64,000 nucleotides of DNA from NCBI GenBank assembly GCA_028712365.1, contig JAQTQE010000003.1, positions 20,173-84,172 on the forward strand. Direction: 5' to 3'. The notes beneath the pieces are model-generated. The model saw only the letters and a list, made by a program, of their open reading frames with translations, was not told where the DNA came from and did no database searches. Within the stretch, counting starts at the first letter, position 1, and each line of letters begins with the position of its first letter. This DNA is from a bacterium. GTDB lineage: Bacteria; CAYTYR01; UBA6262. Shown here in pieces: positions 1 through 9,421 of the stretch. A program made the position numbers and the translations under genes.

Positions 1-2
1 AG

Positions 3-467
3 AATATTGTCTTATGGCGAAATATAATCAATGCTATTGATTGGACAAAATACTCTGGTGAAACCATATGGCAGGCAAGAAATATCTCAACTATCAGCGC
101 TTATGGCCTAGATAGCGCTTTTGTTTTTAACACTATCATAAAAGTACATTACCAGTATTTAAACCATCATTCTGCATCCGGGAATTACCTGTCCAAATAT
201 AACACCAATTTCCTGAAACACCATGCTAGCTTGCATTGCAGTTATACCTTACCCGGACAGATAAAAAATGACTGGGTCGCTGCTTATCGCAAACCCAGTC
301 AACTTTCACCCTATACCCTGCTGGACCTGAAAATTTCCAGGCCATTCAGTCATAACTTAACAATTTATATTTCCGGCACTAACCTGCTTAACACTTATTA
401 CGAAGAAATCGCCGGGATACCACTGCCTGGCCGCTGGCTATTATTAGGATTACAATATCAGCACTAA
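3..467 (+). CDS. Outer-membrane β-barrel protein (TonB-dependent-receptor-like), C-terminal fragment; the gene runs off the window start
   Basis: Frame 3 is open from position 3 to the stop at 465-467, so the listed M231 start is probably internal. The β-strand-like C-terminus (…YISGTNLLNTYYEE…GRWLLLGLQYQH) resembles a TBDR barrel end. Confidence 0.4.
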   Translation, partial: NIVLWRNIINAIDWTKYSGETIWQARNISTISAYGLDSAFVFNTIIKVHYQYLNHHSASGNYLSKYNTNFLKHHASLHCSYTLPGQIKNDWVAAYRKPSQLSPYTLLDLKISRPFSHNLTIYISGTNLLNTYYEEIAGIPLPGRWLLLGLQYQH

Positions 468-502
468 TCCCTGCCTACCGGCAGGCAGACGAGTAATCTT
501 TA

Positions 503-1663
503 TCAAAAACTAGGTTCAATACAAAAGATCCGATATTTGAATTTGCTCATCCCCTGCCAGACACCTCTGATGAAATGCCAGTTAGAAAGATATTTTATCT
601 TGAACCAGTATAATAATTTGCTTTTCGGTTCCCAAAAGAAACACCAGTAGAAAAAGCGATAAGCGAAAAATACAAACAAGAGCAAGAGGATCATAAACCA
701 ACCGGCAGAAGTCCAAGTAGCGGTGGAAGCAAATAGTCGCACGATCAAATTGATCAAACTAATAACGGCTGCTAATCCAAAAATATGCATCATCTGGAAA
801 TTGCCGAAATAGACAAAGCCTTTAATAGGGAAAGGGATCTTGATCCGCGGGCAGGATTTCAGGAATTGGAATACCAGCTCAAAATGGTTGGTAGCGTATT
901 TATCCAACAGGGCCAGGTGCCCTTTAGCATAACTGGCCCAGACTTTATAAAGAGCGGTGTCTGTGGCCCGGTGCATATGATCAACGCTCGCTTTGGGCGC
1001 AAAGAAAGATTTCCAACCGTCTTTTTTGATCTTTAAGCCGAATTCTATATCCTCGCCGGTCGGCAGGTCCCAAAAACGCGCTTTGGCGCGTTCTACCGCG
1101 ACCCGGCGGAAAGCTACATTTGCCGTCACCATAAAATAAGCCCGGTGGCCACAGATTTCCGTGGGTGACCTATCAGACATCGGCGGGAAATAACTTTCCC
1201 CGATCCCGCCATAGCGCCAGCTGACATTATTAAATCCAAAATACTCACAAAAAGCTTCCACCAAATTATCTTTTTCCACCCGGATAGTCTTGATCTCGCC
1301 GCCGACAATGCCCACTTCCGGATCCTGACGGAAATGTTTAAGTATTTCATAAATCCAATTTTTAGTCGGGGCACAATCACCGTCAGTAAAAAAAAGGTAT
1401 TCTCCTTGCACTACATCCAGGGCTTTATTGCGGGCATATCCAGGCGAGGGACAATTCGGGACGTCTACCAACTTAATGAAGGGATATTTATTTTGCCAGG
1501 TTTTAATGATTTCTACAGTTTTATCAGTACTACCGCCGTCGGCGATCACTATCTCCATCCGGTCCCGGGGATAGTCAACCCCGAATAAGTATTCGAAAGT
1601 CTTTTCCAATGTTCTTTCCGCGTTGCGTACCGGGATAATGATAGAAATCATCGGATCTTTCAT
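503..1663 (-). CDS. Family 2 glycosyltransferase with a C-terminal membrane domain
   Basis: N-terminus SIIIPVRNAE…DGGSTDKT and the DxD region (FFTDGDC) are typical of GT2. The C-terminus has multiple hydrophobic helices. Confidence 0.8.
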   Translation of the reverse strand: MKDPMISIIIPVRNAERTLEKTFEYLFGVDYPRDRMEIVIADGGSTDKTVEIIKTWQNKYPFIKLVDVPNCPSPGYARNKALDVVQGEYLFFTDGDCAPTKNWIYEILKHFRQDPEVGIVGGEIKTIRVEKDNLVEAFCEYFGFNNVSWRYGGIGESYFPPMSDRSPTEICGHRAYFMVTANVAFRRVAVERAKARFWDLPTGEDIEFGLKIKKDGWKSFFAPKASVDHMHRATDTALYKVWASYAKGHLALLDKYATNHFELVFQFLKSCPRIKIPFPIKGFVYFGNFQMMHIFGLAAVISLINLIVRLFASTATWTSAGWFMILLLLFVFFAYRFFYWCFFWEPKSKLLYWFKIKYLSNWHFIRGVWQGMSKFKYRIFCIEPSF

Positions 1664-1809
1664 TACTGCCTCCTCTACTATTTTTATATTAATCAGTTAA
1701 AGGAGTTTCCTTAAGGGGTTTACTATGAATACGATTTTAGCAGAATACGCCAGCAGAGTCAATTATTTTAAACCGGGCTTAAAACCTTTTAGTAAACATA
1801 AATAACAAA

Positions 1810-1851
1810 CCGGGTACAAAATTATATAATTATTGTAACTTTTGTACCCGG
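1810..1851 (-). terminator. Rho-independent terminator downstream of the SOR gene
   Basis: Perfect 12-bp hairpin CCGGGTACAAAA / TTTTGTACCCGG followed by a T-rich tract on the minus strand. Confidence 0.5.
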
Positions 1852-1875
1852 CTATTTATTTTAATTTTAACGGAT

Positions 1876-2313
1876 TTATAATTGTACTTCCGCCAGCCAT
1901 TTGCCATGGATATTGCAGCTTTCAATAACCGTGATCTTGCCGGTGCCTGATTTAAAATGGATACTTACTACCGGATTGATCTTATCTGCGGACATTTGGT
2001 ACCTGGCAACCCATTTATAATCTTGGTATACATCGATCCACATGATCCAGTGCTTAGCCTCCATCACATGCAGGATCTCTCCGATCTTAATATGCACATC
2101 CACGCAACCCGGCGCCAGGCTGCATTGTTTATTCACTGTCAATGCCGGGATATGCTTTTTATCCAATTCAGACGGTTTTTGCGGGTCCGCTGGTTGCACT
2201 AAAGCCTTGGCCTCTTCTTTAAAACTCTTTTTTGGCGCGCCGCACACCGGACAATGCTCCGGGGCCTCTCCAAACTCTATATGCCCGCACATGCCGCAGA
2301 CAAACATCTTCAT
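1876..2313 (-). CDS. Superoxide reductase / desulfoferrodoxin-like protein with an N-terminal rubredoxin-type zinc ribbon
   Basis: N-terminal CxxC…CxxC (CGMCGH…CPVCG). SOR iron-site motifs are present: KHIP, HVMEAKHWIMWID and CNIHGKW. Confidence 0.75.
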   Translation of the reverse strand: MKMFVCGMCGHIEFGEAPEHCPVCGAPKKSFKEEAKALVQPADPQKPSELDKKHIPALTVNKQCSLAPGCVDVHIKIGEILHVMEAKHWIMWIDVYQDYKWVARYQMSADKINPVVSIHFKSGTGKITVIESCNIHGKWLAEVQL

Positions 2314-2645
2314 TTTACTGCCTCCTCCCGGACTGCGTAATCACCTTTACGCCGGTCGTCAAGTTCTCCCAGCTTGGACTTATTCCAATTACTGGTCTTA
2401 CTATAATATCCCACGATCCTCGTAATATGATCAATGATCCTGGCTTCCCCGCCATCTAATACCCGTTTCAAATTAAGCCAATCATAATTCAAGATACTAT
2501 CTATGGTGATCTTATATTTTTGGTTATCCCTGGTATTGAGCACTACCACATAATCATCTTTACTCGCGCCGCTGTGATCTTCAGCTACGAGCTGTAAATA
2601 TCCGCTCTTCTCGATTTCATCGACAAAGTTCTGGATATCTTGCAT
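2310..2645 (-). CDS. Small protein with a glycyl-radical-type C-terminal motif (resembles the NrdD/GrcA C-terminus); overlaps the SOR start by 4 nt
   Basis: C-terminal TRIVGYYSKTSNWNKSKLGELDDRRKG resembles the RxxGY…WN.GK..E..R glycyl-radical loop of class III RNR. It has no Zn-ribbon cysteines. Confidence 0.35.
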   Translation of the reverse strand: MQDIQNFVDEIEKSGYLQLVAEDHSGASKDDYVVVLNTRDNQKYKITIDSILNYDWLNLKRVLDGGEARIIDHITRIVGYYSKTSNWNKSKLGELDDRRKGDYAVREEAVK

Positions 2646-2676
2646 GTTTCTACCTCCTTTTTTTATGGTTATAAAA

Positions 2677-3102
2677 CTATTTTTCTGCCTGTAACCGGGC
2701 TTTAACCAATGCCGCTAATTTCACTTTATATAGAGCTTTGTCAATATTCTTTTGCACCTGGCGCAGCTGCTTATGGATCGGGCAATTCTTGATCCGGGAA
2801 CAGCGGTCATGTTCTATAAAACAACGGTTGATAGCGAATTTACCCTGGGAAATTTCCATTATTTCCAGTAAAGAGATATGGCGCATTTCCCGGTTTAAGG
2901 AAAATCCCCCGCCAAACCGGCCGCGATAAGATTTAATAATACCCCGCCGCTGCATTTTTTGCAGGATTTTATGCAAATATACCAACGGCACTCCTTCACT
3001 GGCAGCCAGTTCCCGGGCAAAAATAATATGGCCTTTTTTATATTTGCCCATCAGGGTCAGCACCCGCAGGGCATAATCAGTATTGCGCTTGATCAATTCC
3101 AT
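2677..3102 (-). CDS. Rrf2-family (IscR/NsrR-like) transcriptional regulator with three Cys ligands
   Basis: N-terminal wHTH (YALRVLTLM…GHIIFARELA) and a C(x5-6)C(x5)C cluster (CFIEHDRCSRIKNC). Confidence 0.8.
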   Translation of the reverse strand: MELIKRNTDYALRVLTLMGKYKKGHIIFARELAASEGVPLVYLHKILQKMQRRGIIKSYRGRFGGGFSLNREMRHISLLEIMEISQGKFAINRCFIEHDRCSRIKNCPIHKQLRQVQKNIDKALYKVKLAALVKARLQAEK

Positions 3103-3173
3103 AATATTTTTAACCTCTTATTTAAACAAGACTATAATAATCTAATATAAAATACTTGTCAAGACAATTCTTG

Positions 3174-4358
3174 CTATTTCCTAAAATAAGCGCTGAGGAC
3201 CCGGCTTAAAGCCGCACTTTTTACAAAATTCTTCGTCTGCCACGATTCACCCATGGCTTTGGTATTTTTATGCCAGAGCCGACCATAAGTTTCTACCCCC
3301 GTAGTCTGGCTCCAACGGTTGATCCAGGGAGGATTATCCAGGTATTGGTAAAGGCCATCCGGGAAAAGTCCGCCGGCCACCGCCTTATAGGTCCAATAAG
3401 TATAATGTATCCCATATTGATTGAAGATAGCGAGCACATCCCTGACCCAGGCCAGTTCCGTGCCACAATCGGGGCAACGCAAATTAACCCCGAATTCCCC
3501 GCAGTATATCGGGATCCGGTATTTTTGCTGGAGTTTGACGTAACGACGTAATATATTTTCCATTTTGTTTCGGTTCCAGAGTTCACCATTTATTTTCCCG
3601 GGATAACGTAAATTCCGCACGCAATTAAAAGTAAAATCACCGGGCAGGTAATAATGGAAGCTGAAGGCCAGGTTATCGTCCCAGGGTTTGCCTAAAAAAT
3701 CAAATTCCTGTGCCCAATTATTGCCTTCGATAAATATTATATGACGGTCACCGGTGGCCCTAATAGCCTTGGTGATCCGCGCATAAACTTCTTTAATGAT
3801 CCTGGTATTCTTACCGACCGCTTCATTCAGCACGTCATATCCGGCTATGACCGTTTCATTCTTGTAGCGCTCGGCCAGACGACGCCAGATATCGTAAAGC
3901 TCTTCCCGGTATTTTTTTTCTTGCCATAATTTGGCTTCACCGGATGAATCACTGTGCCAATCGCCGTTCTGGGCTCCGGGCGCCGCATGCAGATCCAAGA
4001 TCACATAAATGCCGTTCTTCTTGGCCCAGACAATAGCTTCATCCAGGAAAGACCATTTCCCGGTAGTAACGATATGGTAATGAAAAGGCAAGCGGACAAC
4101 ATTGGCCCGCAAATTCTTGATATTCACAAAATCGCCGGCAGCAATAAAATTCCGGCGGTATGTTTCTTCGAACCGCAATAAGCTTTTATGGCCGGAATTA
4201 CCGGCTATCTCTCTTTTAAATTGGTTCTCGGCTATGTTACGGCCACCCAGGATATAACCTTCCATCATGAGCCAACCGCCCAAATTCACCCCGCGCAGAT
4301 TAACCGGCTGGTTTTTCTGATCAACTATTTTGCCGTTTTTAATACTCAAGAAATCCAT
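3174..4358 (-). CDS. Glycoside hydrolase family 5 (cellulase/mannanase-like)
   Basis: RGVNLGGWL…E N-terminal motif and NEA/NEP-like acid/base region (DVLNEAV); (β/α)8 pattern. Confidence 0.7.
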   Translation of the reverse strand: MDFLSIKNGKIVDQKNQPVNLRGVNLGGWLMMEGYILGGRNIAENQFKREIAGNSGHKSLLRFEETYRRNFIAAGDFVNIKNLRANVVRLPFHYHIVTTGKWSFLDEAIVWAKKNGIYVILDLHAAPGAQNGDWHSDSSGEAKLWQEKKYREELYDIWRRLAERYKNETVIAGYDVLNEAVGKNTRIIKEVYARITKAIRATGDRHIIFIEGNNWAQEFDFLGKPWDDNLAFSFHYYLPGDFTFNCVRNLRYPGKINGELWNRNKMENILRRYVKLQQKYRIPIYCGEFGVNLRCPDCGTELAWVRDVLAIFNQYGIHYTYWTYKAVAGGLFPDGLYQYLDNPPWINRWSQTTGVETYGRLWHKNTKAMGESWQTKNFVKSAALSRVLSAYFRK

Positions 4359-4420
4359 GGCTGCTCCTCTGGTTGTAGTTACTAGCGTAACTATTGTATT
4401 GCTTTATTTTGCTTCTTGTC

Positions 4421-4470
4421 AATAAAAAGAAAGACCCATAAGGCTATTCTCATAGCTTAATGGGTCTTGA
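4421..4470 (-). terminator. Rho-independent terminator
   Basis: Hairpin AAGACCCAT…ATGGGTCTT followed by TCTTTTTATT on the minus strand, downstream of the small ORF. Confidence 0.5.
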
Positions 4471-4489
4471 AAGAGAACAATAAAACTTA

Positions 4490-4657
4490 TTACTTCTTTT
4501 TCCTGGCGATCGGTAAACCGGTCTTTTGGTTTTCAATTACTTCGAGTTCTGCCGGAATCTCTATCGCTCCGGTAGCATCCTTACTAAAATACTGCAAGTG
4601 CCCTTTCCTGTGAAAGTAATACGTCACCCCTTTTGAATTGGTGTGAGAATTAGCCAT
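4490..4657 (-). CDS. Small hypothetical protein (55 aa), not in the supplied ORF track
   Basis: ATG preceded by AGAGGTGA RBS; MANSHTNSKGVTYYFHRKGHLQYFSKDATGAIEIPAELEVIENQKTGLPIARKKK; followed by a terminator. Confidence 0.4.
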   Translation of the reverse strand: MANSHTNSKGVTYYFHRKGHLQYFSKDATGAIEIPAELEVIENQKTGLPIARKKK

Positions 4658-4738
4658 TGATTTCACCTCTTTTCCAATTTATTCTTTATTTACAGCGTTT
4701 TTATCATACTCTTATAGGTTCTTATTGTCAAGAACAAA

Positions 4739-5932
4739 TTAGTCGCGTAGGCCACGGGAAAATATAGTGCTGGCCAGCAGGCAAACACCCCCTCCCAGGC
4801 CAACGGCTGTGGGCACGCCAAACCATTCAGCTAAAAGACCAGCCAGGAAGCTTCCCACAGGGACCATCCCCAGGAACATCAGGGTATAAAAGCCCATAAC
4901 CCGGCCACGTAATTCATCAGGAGTGTCTTTTTGCAACAGGTTGTTGATCGTAGCTGTCTGGGTGATCAAACCCCAGCCTACGCCCACCAGCGCTAACAAT
5001 GAGAGTGGGACAGACCTGGAAAATCCAAAAATAAGCAGGCTGCCACCCAAAACCATTCCACCCAGCGAAACAAAGCGGCTACTTTTTGGCGAGTGACTGA
5101 CAAAGGTCAGGGAAAGCGCGGATAATAATGCGCCACAGCCTATCGCAGCTACCAGGATGCCCAATCCCTTAGGCCCAACTTGCAGGACATCCCTGGCAAA
5201 CACAGGCATTAATACTATATAACTCATACCAAACAAACTGGATACAGCAATAAGAATGATCAAATTCCTTATCTCTTTATTCCGCCACACATACCGCGCC
5301 CCGGCCAGAGTGCTCTCCTTAAGGGAATCATGATGTTGGTTCTTTGAAGAAAAATTGCCACGCATCATCCATAAGCCAGCGATCACTGCCAGGAAACTGA
5401 TCCCGTTAAAATAGAAACAAGCAGCTACTCCCAGTGTCCCCACCATAAAGCCGGCGATGATCGGACCCAGGATCCGGGCGATATTGAAAATGAGGGAATT
5501 CAAGGCAATGGCATTGCTCAAATCGTCTTTCCCGACCATTTCAATAATAAAAGACTGCCGGGCTGGTGAATCTAAAGCATTACTCAAACCCACGACCCCG
5601 GCAATAATAATGATCTGCCATAAAGCGATCAATTTTGTGGAAATGAGCACACCCATGGCAAAAGCTAATAGCATTTGTACGGTTTGGGTTAAAATAACAA
5701 GATTTCGTTTGTTCAGGCGGTCGGAAATAACTCCGCCCACTAGGGAGAAAAGCAGGATTGGCAAGGAAGCAACCGCATTGACAATACCCATTATAAATGG
5801 TGAATTGGTGATTTGCAGCACCAGCCAGCCCTGGGCAATATTTTGCATCCAACTGCCGGTGAGTGAGACCATTTGTCCGGAAAAGAATAAGCGGAAATCA
5901 CGATGTCTGAGAGAAGAAAAATATTTCTTCAT
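4739..5932 (-). CDS. MFS transporter
   Basis: About 12 TM segments in 6+6 architecture; conserved GxLxDRxGRR-like loop (GGVISDRLNKR). Confidence 0.8.
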   Translation of the reverse strand: MKKYFSSLRHRDFRLFFSGQMVSLTGSWMQNIAQGWLVLQITNSPFIMGIVNAVASLPILLFSLVGGVISDRLNKRNLVILTQTVQMLLAFAMGVLISTKLIALWQIIIIAGVVGLSNALDSPARQSFIIEMVGKDDLSNAIALNSLIFNIARILGPIIAGFMVGTLGVAACFYFNGISFLAVIAGLWMMRGNFSSKNQHHDSLKESTLAGARYVWRNKEIRNLIILIAVSSLFGMSYIVLMPVFARDVLQVGPKGLGILVAAIGCGALLSALSLTFVSHSPKSSRFVSLGGMVLGGSLLIFGFSRSVPLSLLALVGVGWGLITQTATINNLLQKDTPDELRGRVMGFYTLMFLGMVPVGSFLAGLLAEWFGVPTAVGLGGGVCLLASTIFSRGLRD

Positions 5933-6025
5933 ATCACCTCAAATAAAAACCGAATGACAGCGAACTACACGAATAAAATCATTCGCGATATTCGATTCTT
6001 TTCATTCGGCCTTCATTCGCTTTCC

Positions 6026-9000
6026 TTAGAAATATATATCGATCTGCTTGGCTTCCTGAGCCCTGATCTTTTTCGCTAATTCCTGGCTAACAGTACCGCC
6101 TATGATCTTCTCCTTGTTCCCATTGAGCCAGGTAACTTCAATAGTTTGTATTTTAAATTCACTGGCATAAGTATCCAGATGTTTACTATTATGATAAACC
6201 AACTTGGTGGTACCCAGGAATTGACAGCTGAAGATACCTTCCCTGGTAAAATAGCTTTTTGGCAGAGCTGGCTTAAACTCCAGGGTGAGTTCCTTTTGAG
6301 CATTTAATTTAAATGGTTTCCCTCCTACGGTCATCAAGATCCAAATTTCCAGGAATTCAGCTGTCGATCCGCTCAAGCGCGCTACACAGCCCCTACCCCA
6401 CATCCGGCTGTCCGGGAAAGCGCTGGAAACTATAAAAGAAGAATTTTCCAGTATACTGCGCCCATAAACCCCTGTTTTTTGGTAGCAGATCCCGGCTTTT
6501 TCAAATTCAGTGAAAAATTCCTCATATAAACCGCTATTAAGCAGTTCTAATAAATACTTGTATTCCATATGCAACCAGATCGATTCATTTTCCAGCCAGC
6601 CTGGTGAGAAAACTGTGCACCGGCCATAGTCAGCCGGTTCTTTGGCCAGAGACGCATTTACTTTATACATGCCGAGCTCCTGGTCATACAAGGGACTTCT
6701 TTTCATCGCTTCATATAGTTGTTTAACTTTATTATGGCTTTTCTCAGTCTTTAAATAATGCACTTCTGCTTCTAGGAATAAAGGCAGTGGCCGTTTACGG
6801 AATTTCTTGATTGTGACACAAGGCCAGCCTTTATGGCTGTGTTTTTTGCCTTTTTTATCCTTAATATAGCTGAATTTATCTGCTTCATGGGTATAATAGG
6901 TGTAATAGAGCCCTGATCCGGGATCCATAGCTTTGGTCAGGCCAGCATCAATTTTCTGTAAACATAATTCCAGGAATTTCATATACGCGGAACCAGTAAC
7001 TGGTTTTTCCTTGCCGCTTATGCCAAATTTGGTCTCTTCACGATATTTTTCTTTCAAGGTAGTAGCCTTATCCCAGAAAGAATAAGCCGGCATCTTTTTC
7101 GCGGCTGCTAATAACGCCTGGAGTCCCAGGAAAAATCGCTGCATTTCTTCAGGCAAATCGATCTTATAACCATTCTGTATGCCAAAATTCCCTAAATGGG
7201 CCTGCAGGAACTGGACCATTCTCTTTAATTCAAAGGTTTCCGGCACTGAAGAACCAAATACGCCAGGCAGTCCGTTAAGAGCATCGTACCAGCTGGGCTT
7301 ATCAGCTTCCATTTCAATACCAATGCCATCTGGATCCAGGGTGGCCAATTTGTTTAACAGTAAGCAGGTCATTTTAACCAACAAGGTGGTTTTATAAATA
7401 TTACCCCAGCCTTTTTTATCCCTTACCAGGTGCGCATTAGTAGCCCGTTCCTTAAGTACCGCCACTTTCTCCGGGCTGATTATGACCGAGCCAAACTGTC
7501 GGATCAGACCATTAGCGTCAACATATTTTTCGCGCCGCGGCAGTACGACGTGCGCGTTATCGTAAAAAGTAAATTCTTTTTTCTCCAGCAGGATCTCCCG
7601 TTCTCTCTCCGGATAAACTGACAGGTATGTTTCCACTAAATCTAAATTATAGGTCCAATGATCAGTCCAGAACCCTTCCCCATGTTCTGCTTCCTTGATC
7701 CGCTGGGCCCGGCCGAAGATCTCCCGCATAAATTGTTCTTCCGCTACTTTTAAATTAATCTTATTCCGTTCGATGAATAGGAGCAGACTGCCTGGCTCGA
7801 ATTGTTTGGCAAAAAACCTGGACAAGAGCTCCACGCCTTTTTTATCAGTCAACTTGGCCAATACTTTCTTATTCTCGGCTGTCCCGGTCTTAAAAATGAA
7901 ATATGTCCCCTTGACTAGCAGAGGATTATAGCCATCCAACTGGACTAAATTATAAAAAGTCAGGACATTGGTATCCTCTGTTTTGGGATCAAAGAAGATA
8001 TCGCTGCGTTTGTTCTGGTTGATATCCCGGAAATTACCGTCACCCTGGGAATAATAGGTCGGGGAGATCAGGTAATTATTATAATCGCGCTCCAGGTCGC
8101 CATGCTTGCGGGCATAGACAAAAAATGGGATACTGCCTGCGCCGGCAGGAAGGTTGATGGGCATGCCCCCGCGCAAAACATTATCCAGGTAGGTTTGCCG
8201 GCAATACAGGTTGAATTCCCGCCGGCTTGACTGGGTCTGGATCGGTAGCGTGATATCCTGCACGATCTGTTTATTCTCTTCACGTTTACGGTTAAAGTAT
8301 TCGATATGCTTCATTTTTTGGGAACACTCATTCAGCTGTTCTTCGCTGTCCACATGCCCGATCAGAGAATACAAAGTACGGCCTTGACCAGCTGGCAGAG
8401 TCCACTTAGCTAAACTCATGGCCGCAGGATATTTATTATCCCCGAACTGCTTTACGGGCAAGATAAAATCCTGTTGCTTGATAAATGCTGCCGGATAATT
8501 ATAATCAGTGACTTCACCAAAGATCAGTTCCGGGTCAATGATCATCTGTGCCGGTTGCAGCATTCCATTTATATTTTCCAGGGCAAAATAGAAATTACCT
8601 TCTTTAAGCGCCTGTACTTCAGGTCTATCGCTGATCTCAACTTTTAACTGGTAAAAAGGCAACCCGGTTTTATCAAAATTGGTCACCTTGGCCCAAGCCT
8701 GGGCAGTGTGACTCATATATTTCAGGACATCATTGCTCAGCCAGTAGGGGATCATCTTGGGCTGGCCATCAATTATTTCCAACTCAAGTTCATTATTACC
8801 GATATTGGTTATTTCAATGATACGCACCAGCGCGGCAATAGGTTCTTGCGGCAGGGTAAAATATTTAACCTGGATCTTTATGCCGAGAGTCTCATTAGTT
8901 TCTTCTAAGACCAGCTCAGCCGGCTGGATCAACATTTTTTGCCTGGTTTTATAAGAATTATTAGCGTTATTGTTCTGGAAAGGTTCATAGAACAGGGTTT

Positions 9001-9322
9001 GGTCCAGTTGTTTTACCTTGATAAAAGTACGAAATCCAATGTTTGGGGTCAATCCATATGAGCGGTTAGCTGGCTGGTACTCCATAATGGAGTAGTTCTT
9101 TCCCTTAATGCCAAAAGACGCTATACCTTGTCCCCGGTTAACGTAAAATAGCCACATAGGGATACCTTTAAGACCGGCAATCCCCGGGAAAAAGCTGGCA
9201 AATGGCCGGGCCAGATTGTAATTGTCTATTTCAAAGGTCCCATCATCATGCAATTGGTATTTAACTTCATCTTCTTCTTTCACATATGCGCTGACCATTT
9301 CATGCTCTCCTTGGTTCAACAT
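6026..9322 (-). CDS. Large (1098 aa) GH94-like glycoside phosphorylase/hydrolase, (α/α)6 family
   Basis: GDGNFRDINQN matches the GMGFRDSNQD catalytic-region motif of cellobiose/chitobiose phosphorylases. The size and N-terminal β-sandwich fit the family. Confidence 0.5.
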   Translation of the reverse strand: MLNQGEHEMVSAYVKEEDEVKYQLHDDGTFEIDNYNLARPFASFFPGIAGLKGIPMWLFYVNRGQGIASFGIKGKNYSIMEYQPANRSYGLTPNIGFRTFIKVKQLDQTLFYEPFQNNNANNSYKTRQKMLIQPAELVLEETNETLGIKIQVKYFTLPQEPIAALVRIIEITNIGNNELELEIIDGQPKMIPYWLSNDVLKYMSHTAQAWAKVTNFDKTGLPFYQLKVEISDRPEVQALKEGNFYFALENINGMLQPAQMIIDPELIFGEVTDYNYPAAFIKQQDFILPVKQFGDNKYPAAMSLAKWTLPAGQGRTLYSLIGHVDSEEQLNECSQKMKHIEYFNRKREENKQIVQDITLPIQTQSSRREFNLYCRQTYLDNVLRGGMPINLPAGAGSIPFFVYARKHGDLERDYNNYLISPTYYSQGDGNFRDINQNKRSDIFFDPKTEDTNVLTFYNLVQLDGYNPLLVKGTYFIFKTGTAENKKVLAKLTDKKGVELLSRFFAKQFEPGSLLLFIERNKINLKVAEEQFMREIFGRAQRIKEAEHGEGFWTDHWTYNLDLVETYLSVYPEREREILLEKKEFTFYDNAHVVLPRREKYVDANGLIRQFGSVIISPEKVAVLKERATNAHLVRDKKGWGNIYKTTLLVKMTCLLLNKLATLDPDGIGIEMEADKPSWYDALNGLPGVFGSSVPETFELKRMVQFLQAHLGNFGIQNGYKIDLPEEMQRFFLGLQALLAAAKKMPAYSFWDKATTLKEKYREETKFGISGKEKPVTGSAYMKFLELCLQKIDAGLTKAMDPGSGLYYTYYTHEADKFSYIKDKKGKKHSHKGWPCVTIKKFRKRPLPLFLEAEVHYLKTEKSHNKVKQLYEAMKRSPLYDQELGMYKVNASLAKEPADYGRCTVFSPGWLENESIWLHMEYKYLLELLNSGLYEEFFTEFEKAGICYQKTGVYGRSILENSSFIVSSAFPDSRMWGRGCVARLSGSTAEFLEIWILMTVGGKPFKLNAQKELTLEFKPALPKSYFTREGIFSCQFLGTTKLVYHNSKHLDTYASEFKIQTIEVTWLNGNKEKIIGGTVSQELAKKIRAQEAKQIDIYF

Positions 9323-9336
9323 AAAATAAAAAGGAC

Positions 9337-9370
9337 TCTCTCAAAAAGCTAGATAGAGAGTCCTATTATA
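9337..9370 (-). terminator. Rho-independent terminator after the oxidoreductase gene
   Basis: Hairpin GGACTCTCT…AGAGAGTCC followed by a T-tract on the minus strand. Confidence 0.5.
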
Positions 9371-9421
9371 TATACCCCAAGAAAGGGTAAAAATCAAGCA
9401 AATTATTGGTTCAAGCCAACC

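Noticed and set aside
3150-3163. TTGTCAAGACAA inverted repeat upstream of the Rrf2 gene as an IscR-type operator
   Set aside because: It is too short and non-specific to call without comparative support.
5457-5957. 166-aa + strand ORF
   Set aside because: It is entirely antisense to the MFS transporter gene and has no RBS. It is an overlapping-frame artefact.
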